DNA of 50,973 nucleotides from Clostridia bacterium (GTDB lineage Bacteria; Bacillota; Clostridia; UBA1212): NCBI GenBank assembly GCA_045544575.1, contig JAZPZG010000075.1, positions 1 to 50,973 of the forward strand, read 5' to 3'. Shown piece by piece: positions 47,685 to 50,973 of this stretch (position 1 is its first letter; each line of letters starts with the position of its first letter). The notes under the pieces were generated by a model. It saw only the letters and a program-made list of their open reading frames with translations, ran no database searches and was not told where the DNA came from. The position numbers and the translations under genes were made by a program.

Positions 47685-49496
47685 GTGAAAAAATATAGGC
47701 TTCTTTTATTATTTTTATCAGCGGTAATGCTTTTTTCCGGCTGTACCAAGAACCCTGCTCTTGAAAATTCAGGTAACGGAGGCTCTGATAACTCCGATTC
47801 CGCAACTGCGGTAGACGTTGATTTTTCTGCAACGGACGAGGAGATGTTTTCTGAGCGTGATACCGAAATAGAATACGATGAAGAGGCCTGCCGGGTGATT
47901 GAGCTAAACGGTGATTCCGCAACGTGCGATTCTGCTTCCGTTTTAATTTCAGGGTCCGTGATAACGGTCTCGGGAGAGGGCACGTATATTGTTTCGGGAA
48001 TTCTTAATAACGGCATGATAATTGTGGATGCGGGTGAAAATGACAAGCTTCAGTTTGTTTTTAAAGGTGCATCCGTTACTTCAGCAACGTCTGCGCCGTT
48101 TTACGTACGCACGGCGGATAAGGTTTTCGTAACTCTGGCAGAGGGAACGGAAAATACGCTTGCAAACGGAGGCAGCTTTACTGCCATAGATGAAAATAAT
48201 ATTGATGCGGCAGTTTTTTCAAAACAAGATATTACCTTTAACGGAACGGGTACGCTTAAAGTTGTATCTCCTGCGGGACACGGCATTGTCTGTAAGGACG
48301 ATTTGGTAATAACGGGAGGTTCTTACACGGTAAATTGTGCTTCCCATGGTTTCGACGTGAACGACAGTGTAAGAATTGCAAAGGCAAACATAACGATAGA
48401 TGCAGGGAAAGACGGTATTCATTCCGAAAATTTAGATGACGCTGAGTCGGGGTTCGTCTATATTTCGGGCGGAAACGTAAAGATTGAGGCTGAGGGTGAC
48501 GGTATCAGTGCGGCGGTATATGCACAAATACAAAACGGTACGATTGATATCCTTGCGGGCGGCGGCAGTGAAAACGGTACGGCTCACAGTTCCGGAGGAT
48601 ACGGCGGTTTTATGGGCGGCGGTCGTCCCGGTAAGGACTCTTTTTCCGAAGAAACAGAGGCGGATGACGGTACAAGCATGAAAGGTATAAAGACCGTCGG
48701 CAGTATGCTGATTTCGGATGGGAATATTACAATTGATTCTGCAGACGACAGCATCCATGCCAATGCTTCGGTGATTATTAACGGAGGTCTATTTAATCTT
48801 GCATCAGGAGACGACGGTGTTCATGCGGATGAGACACTTAATGTTACTGCGGGAGAAATTAATATTTCCGAATGTTATGAAGGCCTGGAGGCTCTTAACG
48901 TTGCAGTTTCCGGCGGAACTATCAAGCTGAAAGCAAGTGATGACGGCATAAATGCTGCAGGCGGAAACGATTCCTCCGGTATGGGCGGACGGGATAACGG
49001 AATGTTTGGCGGCGGGCGTCCGGGCGGAATGGGCGGCGGTATGCCCGGTGGCATGGGCGGAAGCTCCAACGGAAGTATCGTAATTTCAGGAGGAAACATA
49101 TATATTAATTCCTCGGGCGACGGAATCGATGCCAACGGAAGCCTGGAAATATCGGGTGGATATACGGTTGTTGTCGGTCCTACACAAGGAGATACGGCTA
49201 CGCTCGATTACGATAAGTCAGCTGTCATAAAAGGCGGAACGTTTATCGGAACCGGTGCATCGGGAATGGCACAGAGCTTCAGTGGCTCTGAAAATCAAGG
49301 AGTAATAGCTGTAAGGGTTGGAAATCGGTCTGCAGGTACGGAAGTGCTGCTGAAGGATTCGGACGGAAATATAATTATTTCGCACCAACCTGAATTATCA
49401 TTTGCCGTGGTAATACTAAGCAGTCCTGAAATTGAAAAAGGCGAGAAATACACTATATACGTGGGCAGTGATTCTTCTGAATGTGAAGCAGGTTAA
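47685..49496 (+). CDS. DUF4353 / Cthe_2159-like beta-helix carbohydrate-binding lipoprotein
   Basis: Lipobox FSGC; repeated DGIH/DGID...I.GG turns; Gly/Met/Pro-rich GGGRPGG inserts. Confidence 0.85.
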   Translation: MKKYRLLLLFLSAVMLFSGCTKNPALENSGNGGSDNSDSATAVDVDFSATDEEMFSERDTEIEYDEEACRVIELNGDSATCDSASVLISGSVITVSGEGTYIVSGILNNGMIIVDAGENDKLQFVFKGASVTSATSAPFYVRTADKVFVTLAEGTENTLANGGSFTAIDENNIDAAVFSKQDITFNGTGTLKVVSPAGHGIVCKDDLVITGGSYTVNCASHGFDVNDSVRIAKANITIDAGKDGIHSENLDDAESGFVYISGGNVKIEAEGDGISAAVYAQIQNGTIDILAGGGSENGTAHSSGGYGGFMGGGRPGKDSFSEETEADDGTSMKGIKTVGSMLISDGNITIDSADDSIHANASVIINGGLFNLASGDDGVHADETLNVTAGEINISECYEGLEALNVAVSGGTIKLKASDDGINAAGGNDSSGMGGRDNGMFGGGRPGGMGGGMPGGMGGSSNGSIVISGGNIYINSSGDGIDANGSLEISGGYTVVVGPTQGDTATLDYDKSAVIKGGTFIGTGASGMAQSFSGSENQGVIAVRVGNRSAGTEVLLKDSDGNIIISHQPELSFAVVILSSPEIEKGEKYTIYVGSDSSECEAG

Positions 49497-49553
49497 GAGT
49501 TTCGGCTTGCACTGAGAGAAAATGTAGTGTAAAATATGCCGTGAGGAGTGATT

Positions 49554-50300
49554 ATGATGGATGATTCTTTTTTCATAAACAAAGAAAATGTTGTTTACTA
49601 TGTCAATACAAATGAATCGGTATTGAAAAAGCCTATTAAGGCGATTTGTTTGGAGTTTCCGGGACTTGGAGGAGGTTCTTGTATAGGCGGCTGCCTTGAT
49701 ATTCGAGCATATGACTACGGTCCGGGAGAGGCGCTTGGAAAAGAGGGTGTTTTACTTGCATACGTTTTTACGGGACCCTGGTCTTGGATGAACAGAGGTG
49801 CTGTAAGAATTACTGACTTAGTGGTTGATGCCCTGAAGGAAAAATATGAGTTGCCCAAGGATTGCCCGATTATTGCGATAGGAGGCAGTATGGGCGGAGC
49901 AGGTGCATTGATGTACACGTTGAAATCAAAAAATTCCGTAAAAGCCTGTGTTGCGGCTTGTCCGTGCCTTGACGTAAGAAGAAGCTTCTATTGTGCGCCT
50001 GACGTGCCTCGCTCAATTCTTGTGGGTATCGGATCTTATGATATTTCGTTTGATGCTGCGATAGATGAGATTTCGCCTATTACTAAAATTGATGAGATGC
50101 CGTACGTTCCGTATTATATCATAAACGACTGCGCTGACGAATTGTTTCCTGTTGAGATTATGGATGGATACGTTGAGAGCATGAGAACAAAAGGGCATAA
50201 CGTAGAATACACCAGATTGGAAGGCTGCAAACACGGCGAGCTTCCCGATGAGGAAAGAGCAAACATCGTAAGATATATTTTAAATGCTGTTGAAGCATGA
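49554..50300 (+). CDS. Alpha/beta hydrolase (prolyl-oligopeptidase-like)
   Basis: GGSMGG nucleophile elbow, ADELF, CKHG; GAGGAG RBS. Confidence 0.75.
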   Translation: MMDDSFFINKENVVYYVNTNESVLKKPIKAICLEFPGLGGGSCIGGCLDIRAYDYGPGEALGKEGVLLAYVFTGPWSWMNRGAVRITDLVVDALKEKYELPKDCPIIAIGGSMGGAGALMYTLKSKNSVKACVAACPCLDVRRSFYCAPDVPRSILVGIGSYDISFDAAIDEISPITKIDEMPYVPYYIINDCADELFPVEIMDGYVESMRTKGHNVEYTRLEGCKHGELPDEERANIVRYILNAVEA

Positions 50301-50448
50301 TTTGTTGAAACATTGTTTTTGTCCGGACTGTGTCAAACCGTCCGGACTTTTTTGTACATATAAATTTGACGCCTGAGACTTGATATCGATAAAAAATCAT
50401 TTATAATTATTATAGTAAACATATTGTTATAATACGTAGGGGGATTAT

Positions 50449-50973
50449 ATGAAGCTCAATTACAAACGTACTTTTTTTGTAGGCTTTGCATTCTTTTTAA
50501 TATGTACTTTTTGGCAAGCATACGACACCATTGTGCCTAAAATTCTCACCGATAAATTCGGCTTGGGACAGACTGCTTCGGGTGCGATTATGGCCATCGA
50601 CAATGTTTTGGCGCTGTTTATGCTTCCGCTGTTCGGAGCTCTTTCCGACAAGTGTAAGAGCAAGATGGGAAAGAGAACACCGTTTATTCTTGTCGGTACG
50701 GTTATAGCTTGCGCTGCCTTTTTGAGCATGAGCTTTGCAGATAATGCACAGCTTAAAAAAATAGAATCGGTGGCACCGAATTCTCCTCAGGCGCAGGCTG
50801 TTTTGTATGATGCAGAGCTTGAAATAAAGAACCCCGACGGAAAAAATATTAAAATTTGCGATGAGTTTACAAAAGAGGAGTTTGTATCAATTGATATGAG
50901 AGATTCACAGGGCGACGTTACGGAGAAATACACGAATTACGTTGTTCCTGCACGACAGGCGTATGCCCGTCAA
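50449..50973 (+). CDS. MFS transporter, 5' part (truncated by window edge)
   Basis: MKLNYKRTFFVGFAFF...IMAIDNVLALFMLPLFGALSDKCKSKMGKRTPF contains MFS motif A. Confidence 0.85.
   Translation, partial: MKLNYKRTFFVGFAFFLICTFWQAYDTIVPKILTDKFGLGQTASGAIMAIDNVLALFMLPLFGALSDKCKSKMGKRTPFILVGTVIACAAFLSMSFADNAQLKKIESVAPNSPQAQAVLYDAELEIKNPDGKNIKICDEFTKEEFVSIDMRDSQGDVTEKYTNYVVPARQAYARQ

Noticed and set aside
48595-49070. GGCGGC-rich repeats
   Set aside because: Encode the Gly/Met/Pro low-complexity inserts normal for DUF4353 proteins; not an independent repeat element.
50321-50347. GTCCGGAC repeated twice, each copy self-palindromic
   Set aside because: Adequately explained as a terminator stem after the hydrolase (followed by a T tract).

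Overview
About 51 kb from a spore-forming Clostridia-like (Bacillota) chromosome: ATG/GTG/TTG starts with AGGAGG-type RBSs, sigmaA-type promoters, gpr and DUF421/DUF4363 present. All calls come from reading the sequence and translations by eye; no database search was run. (1) 1-5.6 kb is accessory DNA. A decayed polymorphic-toxin tip (ADP-ribosyl-cyclase/NADase-like) and two candidate immunity genes lie between two exact 37-bp direct repeats, the first of which supplies the -35 of a perfect consensus promoter. Next come an ImmA/XRE pair, face-to-face promoters, an unlisted 58-aa zinc-ribbon ORF, a terminator, an HTH gene and an XhlA-holin-CHAP endolysin lysis cassette, with no integrase or virion genes in the window. 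(2) 5.7-30.5 kb is mostly core: two tandem family-4 UDGs, pflBA, lipoprotein barnase/barstar, pta-ackA, THF riboswitch-folT-folC, cmk-plsC-ispH/rpsA fusion, hup, rpsT, gpr, ligA, asnA. (3) 25.4-46.1 kb holds an ABC-transporter-dependent, probably galactofuranose-containing surface glycan system (glf, five GT2s, priming transferase, wzm/wzt). It has unusual modifying enzymes: two paralogous Fe-S/FrhB-like + pyruvyltransferase fusions with coiled-coil tails, a fusion of a Cys-type SGNH-like domain to a CitC-like adenylating domain, and a DUF6270-like GSC protein. (4) 46.2-51 kb holds the VTC/DUF4956/DUF4353 triad, a hydrolase and a partial MFS transporter. The strongest candidates for undescribed biology are the glycan acylation/carboxyethylation enzymes and the stand-alone inducible lysis cassette next to the toxin/immunity cassette.
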